Of a stretch of 64,000 bases of DNA, positions 23,681 through 33,671 are shown one piece after another; within the stretch, counting starts at the first letter, position 1; the number at the start of each line of letters is the position of its first letter. This stretch comes from an uncultured Acidobacteriota bacterium. GTDB lineage: Bacteria > Acidobacteriota > Thermoanaerobaculia > Gp7-AA8. The notes under the pieces are model-generated. The model had not been told where the DNA came from, did no database searches, and saw only the letters and a program-made list of their open reading frames with translations. The stretch lies in assembly GCA_963822445.1 (NCBI GenBank), contig CAWGHO010000003.1, positions 512,001 through 576,000 on the forward strand, read 5' to 3'. Made by a program: the position numbers and the translations under genes.

Positions 23681-23829
23681 GTCGTCTGTCCAATTCTCAC
23701 GAGAGAGAGAGTTAGCAACGACGTAGTGTATTGACCTGCGTGCTGCCGCTCGTCACGGCGCCGCTTGTACTCTGGTCCGCACAACCAAGTCAGAAGAGCC
23801 GTGCGCTCACGGTAAGGGGAGACCCACGC

Positions 23830-26800
23830 ATGCGATCCGTGTCATTGCGGGTATTTTTCGTCCTATTAGCCACTTTTGTTACTGCGTCGGCGTTTGCGCA
23901 CGATGTAACGCTGAGCGGTACGACATCCTTCGCGGCGATCGACGGATCTGCCAATGACCATGACAATGCCGTAAACGGCGTCTTCACGGTCAATGACGGA
24001 AATCTCGTCGTCAGTGGCGTCGTCAACTGCAATGACGACTCTACAGAGAGCGCATGTGCCATGGCCTTCGCGGTCAGCGGCAACATGACCGTCACTACGG
24101 CCGGCGCGCTCTATGCCGAGAACCGCTCCGGCGGCGGCAGCGGCGGCGCGATCACGCTCACTGTAGGCGGAAGCCTGACCATGAGCGGAAACGCCATTGT
24201 GTCGACCGCCTCCAGGAGCTCGAGCGGCTCGGGCGGCGGCGCCATTACGGCGAACGTGACCGGCAATGTCACGATCGGCAACGGCAGCACGATCGACTCC
24301 GGCAGCGCCAACGCCGCAGGCGGCAACCTCACCATCGCCTCCGCGGGTCTGGTCAGCATCGACGGCAACGTCCTGTCCGGCCCCAGCCGCACGATTCTCT
24401 CTACCCGCCTGACCGGCGCCGCCCTCGATGGCGGCACCGCCAATCAGGTCGGCGGTCAGATCACGATCGGCTCTTCGACGTTCGTCGAACCGGCCATCGT
24501 CATCGGCGGCAACGCGAACATCATTTCGCAGGGCGGCGGCTCCGGCGCCGGCCCGGTGGTCATCGACGGTTGCGGCGTTCAGGTCCGCGGCCTCGTGGCC
24601 GCCCTATCTCGGAATGCCTCGGCGGCGAAGGTCGCCATCCGTTCCGGCAAGGACGTCCTCATCGACTCGCGCGACCTCGGCGTCGTCGGCGCACCGCTCG
24701 GCCGCAACGGCCGCGTGCGCGCCGATGCTCCCACCGGTACGGCCATCAACAAAGGCGTCGACGTTTTCGCCGCCGAGACCATTGATATTCATGGTGCATC
24801 GGGCAGCCTCTTCTCGATCACCTCGCACCCGGGTGTCCACGATTCGAAGAGCTACGGCGGTCTGATTCGCATCACCTCCCTCGGCGACGCCATCACTGCC
24901 AGCGGCAATGTGATCGACGCCGGTCACAGCGCCGCGGGCGACACCGGCGGCACGGTCGAGATCAACGCCAAAGCCACGATCAATCTCGACTCCGCCGTGA
25001 TCCGCGCGATTGGCGACTTCAATACGAACAATCCCAACCGAGGGGGCGGGTCGATTCGCGTTCGCTCCTATTCGGGAGATGTGGTGTGGACCAACGGAAC
25101 CGGCGAAGTGCGGCCGGTCGGGTCCTCCTCGAACCTGCCCCTTGCGGATCAGGGCACCATCGTCCTGACCGCGTGCGGCACCGTGAACACCACCGGAAGC
25201 ACCTTCCCGGTGATGGGAACCGCGACCAGCATGTTCCCCGAAACGCACACCGGCGTCTGCTCGCCGGCGGCTCCGTCGCTGCCGACCGGTGTTGCGCCGC
25301 TCGTCACCTGCAACACGCCCCCCGTGGCGAACGACTCCGCGGCATCGACCAATGAAGACAACTCGGTCACGGTCACCATGACCGGTACCGACGCGGACGG
25401 CGACTCGCTGACCTTCTCCGTCGTCAGCGGTCCCTTCAACGGCAGCGTCGGCGCGGTCACGTTCGTGAACGCCACGACCTCCACCGTCGTCTACACCCCG
25501 AACCTCAATTACAACGGCGTCGACAGCTTCGTTTTCCAGGCGAACGACGGCAACGGCGGCACGGACAATGGCACGGCCACGATCACCATCGCACCGGTGA
25601 ACGATGCGCCGGTCTTCCTCGTCGGCCCGACCGTGACCGTCCTCGAGGACGCCGGTCCGCAGACCTACACCAACTGGGCGACCGGCATCAGCGGCGGCCC
25701 GGCCGATGAATCCGGCCAGGTCGTCACCTTCACCGTCACCAACGACAATCCGTCTCTCTTCAGCGTTCAGCCTGCGGTTTCCTCGAACGGCACGCTGACC
25801 TATACCCCGGCCGCGAACGCCTACGGCAGCGCGAACCTCACCGTCACCGCGCAGGACAACGGCGGCACGGCCAACGGCGGCGTCGATACCTCGGCACCGC
25901 AGAACAGCAGCATCACCGTCACGCCGGTCAACGACGAGCCGTCCTTCGTCAAGGGCGCCGACCAGACCGTGAACGAGGACGCCGGTCCGCAGTCGGTTGC
26001 CGGATGGGCCACCGCAATCTCGGCCGGTCCGAACGAAGGCGCACAGACGGTCACGTTCAACCTCTCGAACACCAACAACTCGCTCTTCAGCGTCCAGCCG
26101 GCGGTTTCGTCGAACGGCACGCTGACCTACACGCCGGCCGCGAACGCGAACGGTAGCGCCACGGTCACGATCGAGGCGCAGGATGACGGCGGCACCGCCA
26201 ACGGCGGCGACAACACGTCGCCTTCGCAGACGTTCGTCATCACCGTGAACGCGGTCAACGACGCGCCGAGCTTCACCAGCGGCGGCGACGTCTCCGTGCT
26301 CGAAGACTCCGGCGCCTACAGCGCCAACTGGGCGACCGCAATCAGCGCCGGCCCGGCCGACGAGTCCAGCCAGACCGTCACCTTCAACACGTCGAACGAC
26401 AACAACAGCCTCTTCTCCGTGCAGCCGTCCATCTCCCCGACGGGCGTGCTGACCTTCACCCTCGCCTCGAACGCCTTCGGTTCGGCGAACGTGTCGGTCA
26501 CGCTCTCCGACAACGGCGGCACCGCGAACGGCGGCGTCGACACCTCGGCGGCCCAGACGTTCTCGATCACCGTCGGGAACATCAACGACGAGCCGACCTT
26601 CACTGCCGGCGGCGACGTCACGGTCAATGAAGACAGCGGCGCCTACTCGGCGGCCTGGGCTTCGGCGATCAGCGCCGGTCCGAATGAGACCGACGCGCTC
26701 ACGTTCGTCGTGACCAACGACAACAACGGACTCTTCTCCTCGCAGCCGTCGATCTCCGCGAGCGGCGTTCTGAGCTTCACGCCGGCCGCGAACGCCTTCG

Positions 26801-29800
26801 GCAGCGCGGTCGTCAGCGTCACCCTGACCGATGACGGCGGCACCCTCAACGGCGGCGACGACACCTCGTCGACGGTGACCTTCACCATCACCGTGAATTC
26901 GGTCAACGACGCTCCGAGCTTCACCAGCGGCGGCAACGTCTCCGTCGGTGAGGACAGCGGCGCGTACTCGGCCGCCTGGGCCACCGCCATCAGCGCCGGC
27001 CCGGCCAACGAGTCCACGCAGACCGTTTCCTTCATCACCTCGAACAACAACAACGCGCTCTTCAGCGTGCAGCCGTCGGTCGACTCGAACGGCGTGCTGA
27101 CCTTCACCCCGGCCGCGAATGCGACGGGCACTGCGACCATCACGATCTACGCGCAGGACACCGGCGGCACCGCGAACGGCGGCGTCGACGTCAGCGCCTC
27201 GCAGACGTTCACCATCAGCGTCAACGGTATCAACGACCCGCCGTCGTTCACGCCGGGCGCCGATCAGACCTCGAACGAAGATGCCGGTCCGCAGACGGTC
27301 GTCGGCTGGGCCACGGGCATCAGCTCGGGTCCCGGTGAGACAGACAACGTCACCTTCTTCACCAGCAACAACAACCCGTCGCTCTTCTCCTCGCAGCCGA
27401 CGGTCGCTCCGAACGGCACGCTGACCTACACCGCCGCGCCGGATGCGAACGGCACCGCCACCGTCACGATCTACGCGCAGGATGACGGCGGCACGGCCAA
27501 CGGCGGCAATGACACGTCGGCCACGTACACGTTCACCATCACCATCGTGGCCGTGAACGATCCGCCGAGCTTCACCGGCGGCGGCAACGTGAGCGTCCTC
27601 GAAGACTCCGGCGCCTACTCGGCCACCTGGGCCACCGCGATCAGCGCCGGTCCGGCCGATGAAGCCGGCCAGACGCTGACCTTCAACGTCACGAACGACA
27701 ACAACAGCCTCTTCTCGGTGCAGCCGTCGATCTCGGCGAGCGGCGTCCTGAGCTTCACCGTCGCGGCGAACGCCTTCGGCTCCGCCAACGTGACGGTCAC
27801 GCTCTCCGACGGCCTCGCCACCACCGCACCGCAGAGCTTCACCATCACGGTCGGTGCAGTGAATGACGCGCCCTCCTTCGTCGGTGGCGGCGACGTCACC
27901 GTCAACGAAGACAGCGGTCCGTACTCCGCGTCGTGGGCCAGCAGCATCTCCGCCGGCCCGAACGAAGGCTCGCAGACGGTTTCGTTCAACACGTCGAACA
28001 ACAACAACAGTCTCTTCCTCGTGCAGCCGTCGATCAGCTCGACCGGCGTGCTCTCCTTCACCCCGGCGCTCAATGCCTTCGGTAGCGCCACGGTGACCGT
28101 TACGCTGTCGGACAACGGCGGCACCGCGAACGGCGGCGTCAACACGTCCGCGCCGCAGACCTTCACCATCAACGTCACCGCGACCAACGACGGCCCGACC
28201 GCGAACGCCGACTCGTGGCAGACGATCGGAAACACCGAGCTCCGCGTCGATCTCGTCGCGGGTTTGACGCCGTACGTCGGTGACACGACCCCGTCCGGCA
28301 ACGGCGTGCGCGACAACGACACCGATCCGGAAGGCGATCCGACCATCGTCACCGGCGTCGTCGGTTGCGGCGACACCACCGCGCCGTTCGACTGCACCCT
28401 GGGCAGCGGAGCGAAAGTCAGCATGCTCGCGAACGGCTCGTTCAGCTACACGCCGGCTCCGGGCACCAGCAGCGGCACGTTCCAGTACACCGCCACCGAC
28501 ATCCCGTCGGCCGGCTCGCCGGTCACGACCACCGGCACGGTGACCATCACGCACTTCGACATGGTCTGGTACGTCAACGGAGCCGCGCTGCCGGGTGGTA
28601 ACGGCACGTCGAGCTCACCGTTCAACGGCTTCACCTCTCTCAATGGCATTGGCGACGTCGACGGCCCCGGCCACACGATCTTCGTCCATACCTCGGCCGT
28701 CGCCGGCAGCATCGCCCTCGAGACCAGCCAGAAGCTGTGGGGCCAGGGCGTCGGTCTGAGCCTTCCGTACAACCTCAATGGCAACGGTAGCCCGACCGTC
28801 CTCGTGGCGCCCGGCATCCAGCCGACCGTCACCTCGGCCGCTGACGTCGTCACGGTCAGCGGAGTGATCGGCACCGAGATCGCGGGCCTCAACCTCGCGA
28901 GCACGGGCGGTAACGCCGTCGACGTCACCGCGGCGCCGTTCGGCTCACCGGCCGGTGCGTCGATCTACAGCAACACGATTTCCGGCGCGGGCGCCGAGGG
29001 GATTGACGTGAGCGGCGGACACGCGATGGTGTCCACAGTCTCGATCAACAACAACACCATCACCTCGACCGGCAACGGCATCGATGTGAGCTCGTTCGGC
29101 AGCACGAACATCGCCATCAGCAACACGACCATCACCTCGACGGGCGGCAGCGGTATCCGCATGGACGGCACCGGCTCGCTGACTGTCTCCGCGCTGCAGA
29201 ACATCACCGTCAGCGGCAACACCGCGGCGAACGGCATCGAGATCGCGGACGCGAGCTTCACCGCCGTCGCCACCGGTGCCATCACCGTCGGCGCGAGCGG
29301 CAATCCGGTCGGTGGTGCCGGCGTCGTCCTCACCAATTCGACGGGCAGCCTGGCCTTCGGCACGCTCACCGTACACGCCGCAACAACCGGCGTCACCGTC
29401 AGCGGTACGGCGGCGTTCAACGTCACCAGCGGCGGCGGCTCGATCAACAACGCCAGCGGTGCTGGTCTCAACATCTCCAACGCGACCATCGGCGCGGCCA
29501 ACTTCAACCTCACCAGCATCACCTCCGCCGGCGGCGCGAACGGCATCGTCCTGAACAACACCGGTACGGCGGGTGGTCTGAACGTCACCGGCAGCGGCTC
29601 GGCCGGCACGGGCGGCTCCATCACCGGCAAGACCGGCGACGGCGTCTCGCTCACCAACACCCAGCGCGTCGGCCTGGCCTGGATGAGCATCTCCGGCAGC
29701 GCAAGCAGCGGTATCCGCGGCAATGGCGTCAACGGCTTCGTCGTCGACAACAGCACGATCACTGGAAACGGCAGCAGCCTCGCGAACGACGACTCGGGCA

Positions 29801-30804
29801 TCAACATCGTCAACCTGACCGGCTCGCTCGCCGCGGGAACGCGCCCGACGGCGATCACCAATTCGACGATCAGCAACAACTACGAGTTCGAAGTGCAGAT
29901 CACCAACTCCACCGGCACGCTGCCTGACTTCCGGATCACCAACAGCACGATCTCGAGCAACGGCGCGACCGGCGTCCACGGCAACCTGGTGAACTTCCTC
30001 GCCACCGGCACGGCCAGCATGACCCTCAACGCGTCGGGCGGCAGCTATACCGGCAATGCCCCGGCGACGGCGACCGCCATTCAGGCCGACGCATCGGGCG
30101 GCACGGTCGTCGCCAACGTCTCCGGCGCGACGTTCACCACCAACAACGTCGGTGTCAGCGTCTCCGTGGCGCTGGGCGGTACCCTGACCTTCGACGTGAA
30201 CGGGAACACCCTCACCGGCACCCGCTCGCACGGTCTGAACTACTTCATCGCTGGGAACCACACCGGCACGTCGTCGGGCAAGTTCCGTAACAACGTCATC
30301 GGCACGTTCGGCGTGGCCGGCTCCGGCTCGGCGCTTGGCTTCCCGGTCCGCGTTCAGAACGAGGCCGTCAGCGCGGCGACGGTGCTGATCGACAACAACA
30401 CCATCTCCGAGTCCAGCTTCAACGCCATCAACGTCAACGTGGCCATCTCCACCTCGACGGGAACCGCGACGACCGCGGCCACGATCACCAACAACCTCAT
30501 CCGGAACGTGACCGCCAACCGCGCGATCATCGTGCAGCACACGTTCGGCAAGGGAACCATCTGCGCCGACATCGCCGGCAACTCCATGTCCGGAATCGCC
30601 GGCAGCGCGGGTGACGGTTCGAAGATCCGCATCCGCCAGCTGGCGGGCGGTACGTTCAACGTGAAGCAGAAGCAGGCCACCGTCGCGGTGGATCCGGCCG
30701 AGCTCGACGACGCCAACAGTGTTGGCCTCAACATCACCACTGCTGCGCAGGTCAGCACATCCGGGATCTTCAACTACAACGCCGGTGGCTGTCCGCAGCC
30801 CTGA
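23830..30804 (+). CDS. Giant surface protein 2 (2324 aa): Sec signal, N-terminal beta-solenoid, ~10 Ig-like repeats, C-terminal beta-helix
   Basis: Intact ORF; ATG 23830 after AAGGGGAG; signal MRSVSLRVFFVLLATFVTASAFA; repeats ND.PSF..G.DV.V.EDSG.Y...WATAISAGP..E..Q.V.F...N.N..LFSVQP; ends AGGCPQP. Confidence 0.9.
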   Translation: MRSVSLRVFFVLLATFVTASAFAHDVTLSGTTSFAAIDGSANDHDNAVNGVFTVNDGNLVVSGVVNCNDDSTESACAMAFAVSGNMTVTTAGALYAENRSGGGSGGAITLTVGGSLTMSGNAIVSTASRSSSGSGGGAITANVTGNVTIGNGSTIDSGSANAAGGNLTIASAGLVSIDGNVLSGPSRTILSTRLTGAALDGGTANQVGGQITIGSSTFVEPAIVIGGNANIISQGGGSGAGPVVIDGCGVQVRGLVAALSRNASAAKVAIRSGKDVLIDSRDLGVVGAPLGRNGRVRADAPTGTAINKGVDVFAAETIDIHGASGSLFSITSHPGVHDSKSYGGLIRITSLGDAITASGNVIDAGHSAAGDTGGTVEINAKATINLDSAVIRAIGDFNTNNPNRGGGSIRVRSYSGDVVWTNGTGEVRPVGSSSNLPLADQGTIVLTACGTVNTTGSTFPVMGTATSMFPETHTGVCSPAAPSLPTGVAPLVTCNTPPVANDSAASTNEDNSVTVTMTGTDADGDSLTFSVVSGPFNGSVGAVTFVNATTSTVVYTPNLNYNGVDSFVFQANDGNGGTDNGTATITIAPVNDAPVFLVGPTVTVLEDAGPQTYTNWATGISGGPADESGQVVTFTVTNDNPSLFSVQPAVSSNGTLTYTPAANAYGSANLTVTAQDNGGTANGGVDTSAPQNSSITVTPVNDEPSFVKGADQTVNEDAGPQSVAGWATAISAGPNEGAQTVTFNLSNTNNSLFSVQPAVSSNGTLTYTPAANANGSATVTIEAQDDGGTANGGDNTSPSQTFVITVNAVNDAPSFTSGGDVSVLEDSGAYSANWATAISAGPADESSQTVTFNTSNDNNSLFSVQPSISPTGVLTFTLASNAFGSANVSVTLSDNGGTANGGVDTSAAQTFSITVGNINDEPTFTAGGDVTVNEDSGAYSAAWASAISAGPNETDALTFVVTNDNNGLFSSQPSISASGVLSFTPAANAFGSAVVSVTLTDDGGTLNGGDDTSSTVTFTITVNSVNDAPSFTSGGNVSVGEDSGAYSAAWATAISAGPANESTQTVSFITSNNNNALFSVQPSVDSNGVLTFTPAANATGTATITIYAQDTGGTANGGVDVSASQTFTISVNGINDPPSFTPGADQTSNEDAGPQTVVGWATGISSGPGETDNVTFFTSNNNPSLFSSQPTVAPNGTLTYTAAPDANGTATVTIYAQDDGGTANGGNDTSATYTFTITIVAVNDPPSFTGGGNVSVLEDSGAYSATWATAISAGPADEAGQTLTFNVTNDNNSLFSVQPSISASGVLSFTVAANAFGSANVTVTLSDGLATTAPQSFTITVGAVNDAPSFVGGGDVTVNEDSGPYSASWASSISAGPNEGSQTVSFNTSNNNNSLFLVQPSISSTGVLSFTPALNAFGSATVTVTLSDNGGTANGGVNTSAPQTFTINVTATNDGPTANADSWQTIGNTELRVDLVAGLTPYVGDTTPSGNGVRDNDTDPEGDPTIVTGVVGCGDTTAPFDCTLGSGAKVSMLANGSFSYTPAPGTSSGTFQYTATDIPSAGSPVTTTGTVTITHFDMVWYVNGAALPGGNGTSSSPFNGFTSLNGIGDVDGPGHTIFVHTSAVAGSIALETSQKLWGQGVGLSLPYNLNGNGSPTVLVAPGIQPTVTSAADVVTVSGVIGTEIAGLNLASTGGNAVDVTAAPFGSPAGASIYSNTISGAGAEGIDVSGGHAMVSTVSINNNTITSTGNGIDVSSFGSTNIAISNTTITSTGGSGIRMDGTGSLTVSALQNITVSGNTAANGIEIADASFTAVATGAITVGASGNPVGGAGVVLTNSTGSLAFGTLTVHAATTGVTVSGTAAFNVTSGGGSINNASGAGLNISNATIGAANFNLTSITSAGGANGIVLNNTGTAGGLNVTGSGSAGTGGSITGKTGDGVSLTNTQRVGLAWMSISGSASSGIRGNGVNGFVVDNSTITGNGSSLANDDSGINIVNLTGSLAAGTRPTAITNSTISNNYEFEVQITNSTGTLPDFRITNSTISSNGATGVHGNLVNFLATGTASMTLNASGGSYTGNAPATATAIQADASGGTVVANVSGATFTTNNVGVSVSVALGGTLTFDVNGNTLTGTRSHGLNYFIAGNHTGTSSGKFRNNVIGTFGVAGSGSALGFPVRVQNEAVSAATVLIDNNTISESSFNAINVNVAISTSTGTATTAATITNNLIRNVTANRAIIVQHTFGKGTICADIAGNSMSGIAGSAGDGSKIRIRQLAGGTFNVKQKQATVAVDPAELDDANSVGLNITTAAQVSTSGIFNYNAGGCPQP

Positions 30805-30857
30805 CGTGAAGGAAACAGTTCGACTCTCCGAGTTCGATCAAAGGGAGAAAAAGTCTT

Positions 30858-31370
30858 ATGGAACCATTCATGGGCGAGATCAGGATCATGGGTTTCGGGT
30901 ACGCGCCGCAGGGCTGGGCGCTCTGTAACGGGCAGTTCCTGCCGATCAATCAGAACCAGGCCCTGTTTTCCCTTCTCGGCACGACGTTCGGCGGCAACGG
31001 GCAGACCACCTTCCAGTTGCCGGATTTCCGCGGCCGCATTCCGATGCACGCGGGCAACGGCCACGACCTCGGCGAACGGGCCGGTCAGGCCGCCCACACG
31101 TTGACCCTTTCCGAGATGCCGGCACATACGCATTTCCTGATGGCGTCGTCGACCCAGGGCGACTCCGTCAATCCGAGGTTCGGCGCCACGCCTCACATCC
31201 TGGCGAAGGATCCGGGGAACTGCTATTCCGACACCCTTACCAGTCTTCTGACGTTGGCTCCGGAAACGATCTCGAGCGTAGGGGGAAGCCAGGCCCACCG
31301 GAACGACCAGCCCTACCTGACGGTCAATTTCTGTATCGCGTTGCAGGGCCTCTTCCCGACGCAGAATTAG
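30858..31370 (+). CDS. Phage tail-collar domain protein, class A, copy 2
   Basis: GEIRIMGFGYAPQGWA..PINQNQALFSLLGTTFGG; PAHTH; LAKDPGN shared with 22027 gene; ends FPTQN. Confidence 0.92.
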   Translation: MEPFMGEIRIMGFGYAPQGWALCNGQFLPINQNQALFSLLGTTFGGNGQTTFQLPDFRGRIPMHAGNGHDLGERAGQAAHTLTLSEMPAHTHFLMASSTQGDSVNPRFGATPHILAKDPGNCYSDTLTSLLTLAPETISSVGGSQAHRNDQPYLTVNFCIALQGLFPTQN

Positions 31371-31379
31371 GAGAATTCA

Positions 31380-31877
31380 ATGCCATATATCGGCGAAATT
31401 CGCATGTTCGCGGGCAACTTCCCTCCCTCAGGCTGGATGTTGTGCGAGGGGCAATTGATTCCGATCTCGGAGAACGATTCCCTCTTCGTGGTTCTCGGAA
31501 CGACCTACGGCGGGGATGGCGAGAGCACGTTCGCACTCCCCAATCTGAGCGGCCGCGTTCCCCTTCATCAGGGCAATGGCTTCGTTCTGGGCCAGGCAGA
31601 CGGCGTTGAGGCCGTGACGCTGACTACCCAACAGATCCCCGCTCACACCCATCCGCTGGTCGGAACGGAAACGAACGGCAACCAGGCCGCGCCCTCGAAC
31701 AACATCCTGGCCAACTCCACTCTCGTGACGCCGTACGCGCCAGAGACTCCGACCGCAGTGATGGCTCCCAATGCGATCAGTCCGATCGGCGGAAGCCAGC
31801 CGCACGAAAACCTGCAACCGTACTTGTGCATCAACTTCATCATTTCGCTCTTCGGCGTCTTCCCGTCGCCGACCTAG
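31380..31877 (+). CDS. Phage tail-collar domain protein, class B, copy 2
   Basis: GEIRMFAGNF; LANSTLVTPYAPETP shared with 22556 gene; FIISLFGVFP. Confidence 0.92.
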   Translation: MPYIGEIRMFAGNFPPSGWMLCEGQLIPISENDSLFVVLGTTYGGDGESTFALPNLSGRVPLHQGNGFVLGQADGVEAVTLTTQQIPAHTHPLVGTETNGNQAAPSNNILANSTLVTPYAPETPTAVMAPNAISPIGGSQPHENLQPYLCINFIISLFGVFPSPT

Positions 31878-31893
31878 GAAGCAGGAGAAATCA

Positions 31894-32403
31894 ATGGATC
31901 CATTTGTCGCAGAAATCCGCATGTTTCCCTTCACCTTCCCCCCGAAGGGCTGGGCGTTTTGCGAAGGCCAGCTTTTGCCGCTGAGCCAGAACACGGCGCT
32001 CTTCTCTCTGCTCGGCACCATCTATGGCGGCGACGGCAAGTCGACGTTCGGCCTGCCGGATATGGCCGGGAACGTACCAGTTCATCCCGGGACTGGCTTC
32101 TTTCTGGGGCAGATGGGTGGCAGCGAGACCGTCACGCTTCTCCAGTCGGAGATTCCCTTTCACACACACAGTCTCGCGGCGACGGTCGAAAACGGCACGC
32201 AAGGCTCGGTCACGCAGGGCATCGCCCTGGCCACGTCGGTCGGCGGCCAGCTTTATCAGACCAATACGTCTGCCAATCTGGTCACCATGAATCCGTCGGC
32301 GCTGGCCGTGGCCGGCGCCAGCCTGCCGCACAACAATCTCATGCCTTACCTGGTCGTGCACTTCTGTATCGCGCTCCAGGGCGTCTTCCCGCAGCGTCCG
32401 TAA
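31894..32403 (+). CDS. Phage tail-collar domain protein, class C, copy 2
   Basis: ATG 31894 after AGGAG; MDPFVAEIRMFPF; ATVENGTQGSVT..LATSVGGQLYQ shared with 23087 gene; ends FPQRP. Confidence 0.92.
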   Translation: MDPFVAEIRMFPFTFPPKGWAFCEGQLLPLSQNTALFSLLGTIYGGDGKSTFGLPDMAGNVPVHPGTGFFLGQMGGSETVTLLQSEIPFHTHSLAATVENGTQGSVTQGIALATSVGGQLYQTNTSANLVTMNPSALAVAGASLPHNNLMPYLVVHFCIALQGVFPQRP

Positions 32404-32439
32404 GGCTTCGATTCGATGAGAGACAACAGGAGAACATCC

Positions 32440-33171
32440 ATGAGCACGAACGGCCATCAGATGGGAAGACGCGATTTCCTCATCGTCTCTTCGACCGCGG
32501 CTCTCGCTACCGCCACCGTCGGCCCGGAGCTTTTCGCCAAGGGTGCCGCCGCGGCTCCGACACGGCTGGCGGTCGGCTTCGCCCCGTTCGACGAGAACGC
32601 GGCGTTGGTACCCGCATCGAGCGTTCCCGCCGGTGACGGGGCCTTCATCAGCCGCGGAGCGCGTATCGGCGTCTTCGGCTCGCGGACGTTTGCGGATCAG
32701 CCGCGCGCGCGCCGTGCCGTCGACCTGCTCGCGCACTTTTCGGTGAGGGAAGGCTCCGAGCTGAAGAGGGTCCCTTTCCGCGCCTGGGCCTCCAGCCGCC
32801 ACACCGGAAACGAAAGCAGCGTGGTTTCCTTCACCATGCCCGTCGACGACACGCAGAACCTCGTCTTCACCGTCGAGACCGAGCGTGGCCTTCCTTCCGG
32901 TCTTGCTCCGAGCCGTCGTGAGGTATTCACGGCGCCGACGGAGTCGGCTCTGACGCCGGTGACGCTCAGCCTGAAGTCCGAGGCGGGGACGTTGAAGCTC
33001 GTCCGCGGCTTCTATGTCATCGCTCCGATGTTCGACGGTGATTCCGACCCGCGCTGGTCCGGCTACACCGTCAACCGGATGAACGACCGCTGGGCCCTCG
33101 TCGACCGCGACGGAAACGCCGCAGGCTTCGAGCACTTCGTGCTCCGGATCGATTACGCTTCCAAATCGTGA
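32440..33171 (+). CDS. Hypothetical Tat-exported protein (243 aa)
   Basis: ATG 32440 after AGGAG; twin-arginine GRRDFL plus hydrophobic stretch; stop overlaps GNAT start (GTGA). Confidence 0.75.
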   Translation: MSTNGHQMGRRDFLIVSSTAALATATVGPELFAKGAAAAPTRLAVGFAPFDENAALVPASSVPAGDGAFISRGARIGVFGSRTFADQPRARRAVDLLAHFSVREGSELKRVPFRAWASSRHTGNESSVVSFTMPVDDTQNLVFTVETERGLPSGLAPSRREVFTAPTESALTPVTLSLKSEAGTLKLVRGFYVIAPMFDGDSDPRWSGYTVNRMNDRWALVDRDGNAAGFEHFVLRIDYASKS

Positions 33172-33671
33172 TTCCTGCAGACACGGGTGATCGCGCCGGC
33201 TCCGGCGCGATCACTCTCCGCGAAGCGAACGGCGCCGACTACGACTTCATGCGCCGCCTCTACCACGCCGTGCGTGAAGAGGAGATGAAGCAGTTCCCCT
33301 TCACCGACGTCCAGAAAGTCGTCTTCCTGAACGAGCAGTTCGCGGCGCAGTTCGAGCACTACAAGATCCACTACCCGAGCTGCGAGCGGAACATCATCGA
33401 GCTGGACGGCCAGCCCGTCGGCCGCCTCTGGATCGACGAATGGAAAGACCAGATCCGCATCGTCGATATCGGGCTCATGCCCGGCCATCGCGGCAGCGGG
33501 ATCGGCACGAAGCTCCTTCAGGAAGTTCTGGAGCGGGGCGCTGCGGCGGGGAAGCCGGTCACCATCCACGTCGAGCGATTCAATCCCGCGCTGCGTCTCT
33601 ACGAGCGCCTCGGGTTCAAGGAAATCGACACCAACGGCGTCTACTTCCTGATGAAGTGGTCGCCCTCTTAA
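33168..33671 (+). CDS. GNAT family N-acetyltransferase
   Basis: IRIVDIGLMPGHRGSGIGTKLL (acetyl-CoA motif A), NPALRLYERLGF. Confidence 0.9.
   Translation: MIPADTGDRAGSGAITLREANGADYDFMRRLYHAVREEEMKQFPFTDVQKVVFLNEQFAAQFEHYKIHYPSCERNIIELDGQPVGRLWIDEWKDQIRIVDIGLMPGHRGSGIGTKLLQEVLERGAAAGKPVTIHVERFNPALRLYERLGFKEIDTNGVYFLMKWSPS

Noticed and set aside
24604-28554. Long antisense or alternate-frame ORFs (e.g. 741..2162, 24604..28554, most of 55451..58702 and 33668..35488)
   Set aside because: Shadow frames of high-GC genes with R/G/V/A-rich motif-free translations; only the 3' ends of the last two are real genes.
9825-30804. RTX/T1SS adhesin or autotransporter
   Set aside because: Both proteins have Sec signals, no GGxGxD nonapeptides and no terminal barrel ending in an aromatic residue; no T1SS or TpsB gene nearby.
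22027-32403. Prophage, tailocin or contractile injection system suggested by tail-collar genes
   Set aside because: No capsid, terminase, sheath, tube, baseplate, spike, lysis or integrase genes in the window.
22027-32403. Microcystin-related function from the MdpB family label
   Set aside because: The label is historical; no NRPS/PKS or other supporting genes are present.
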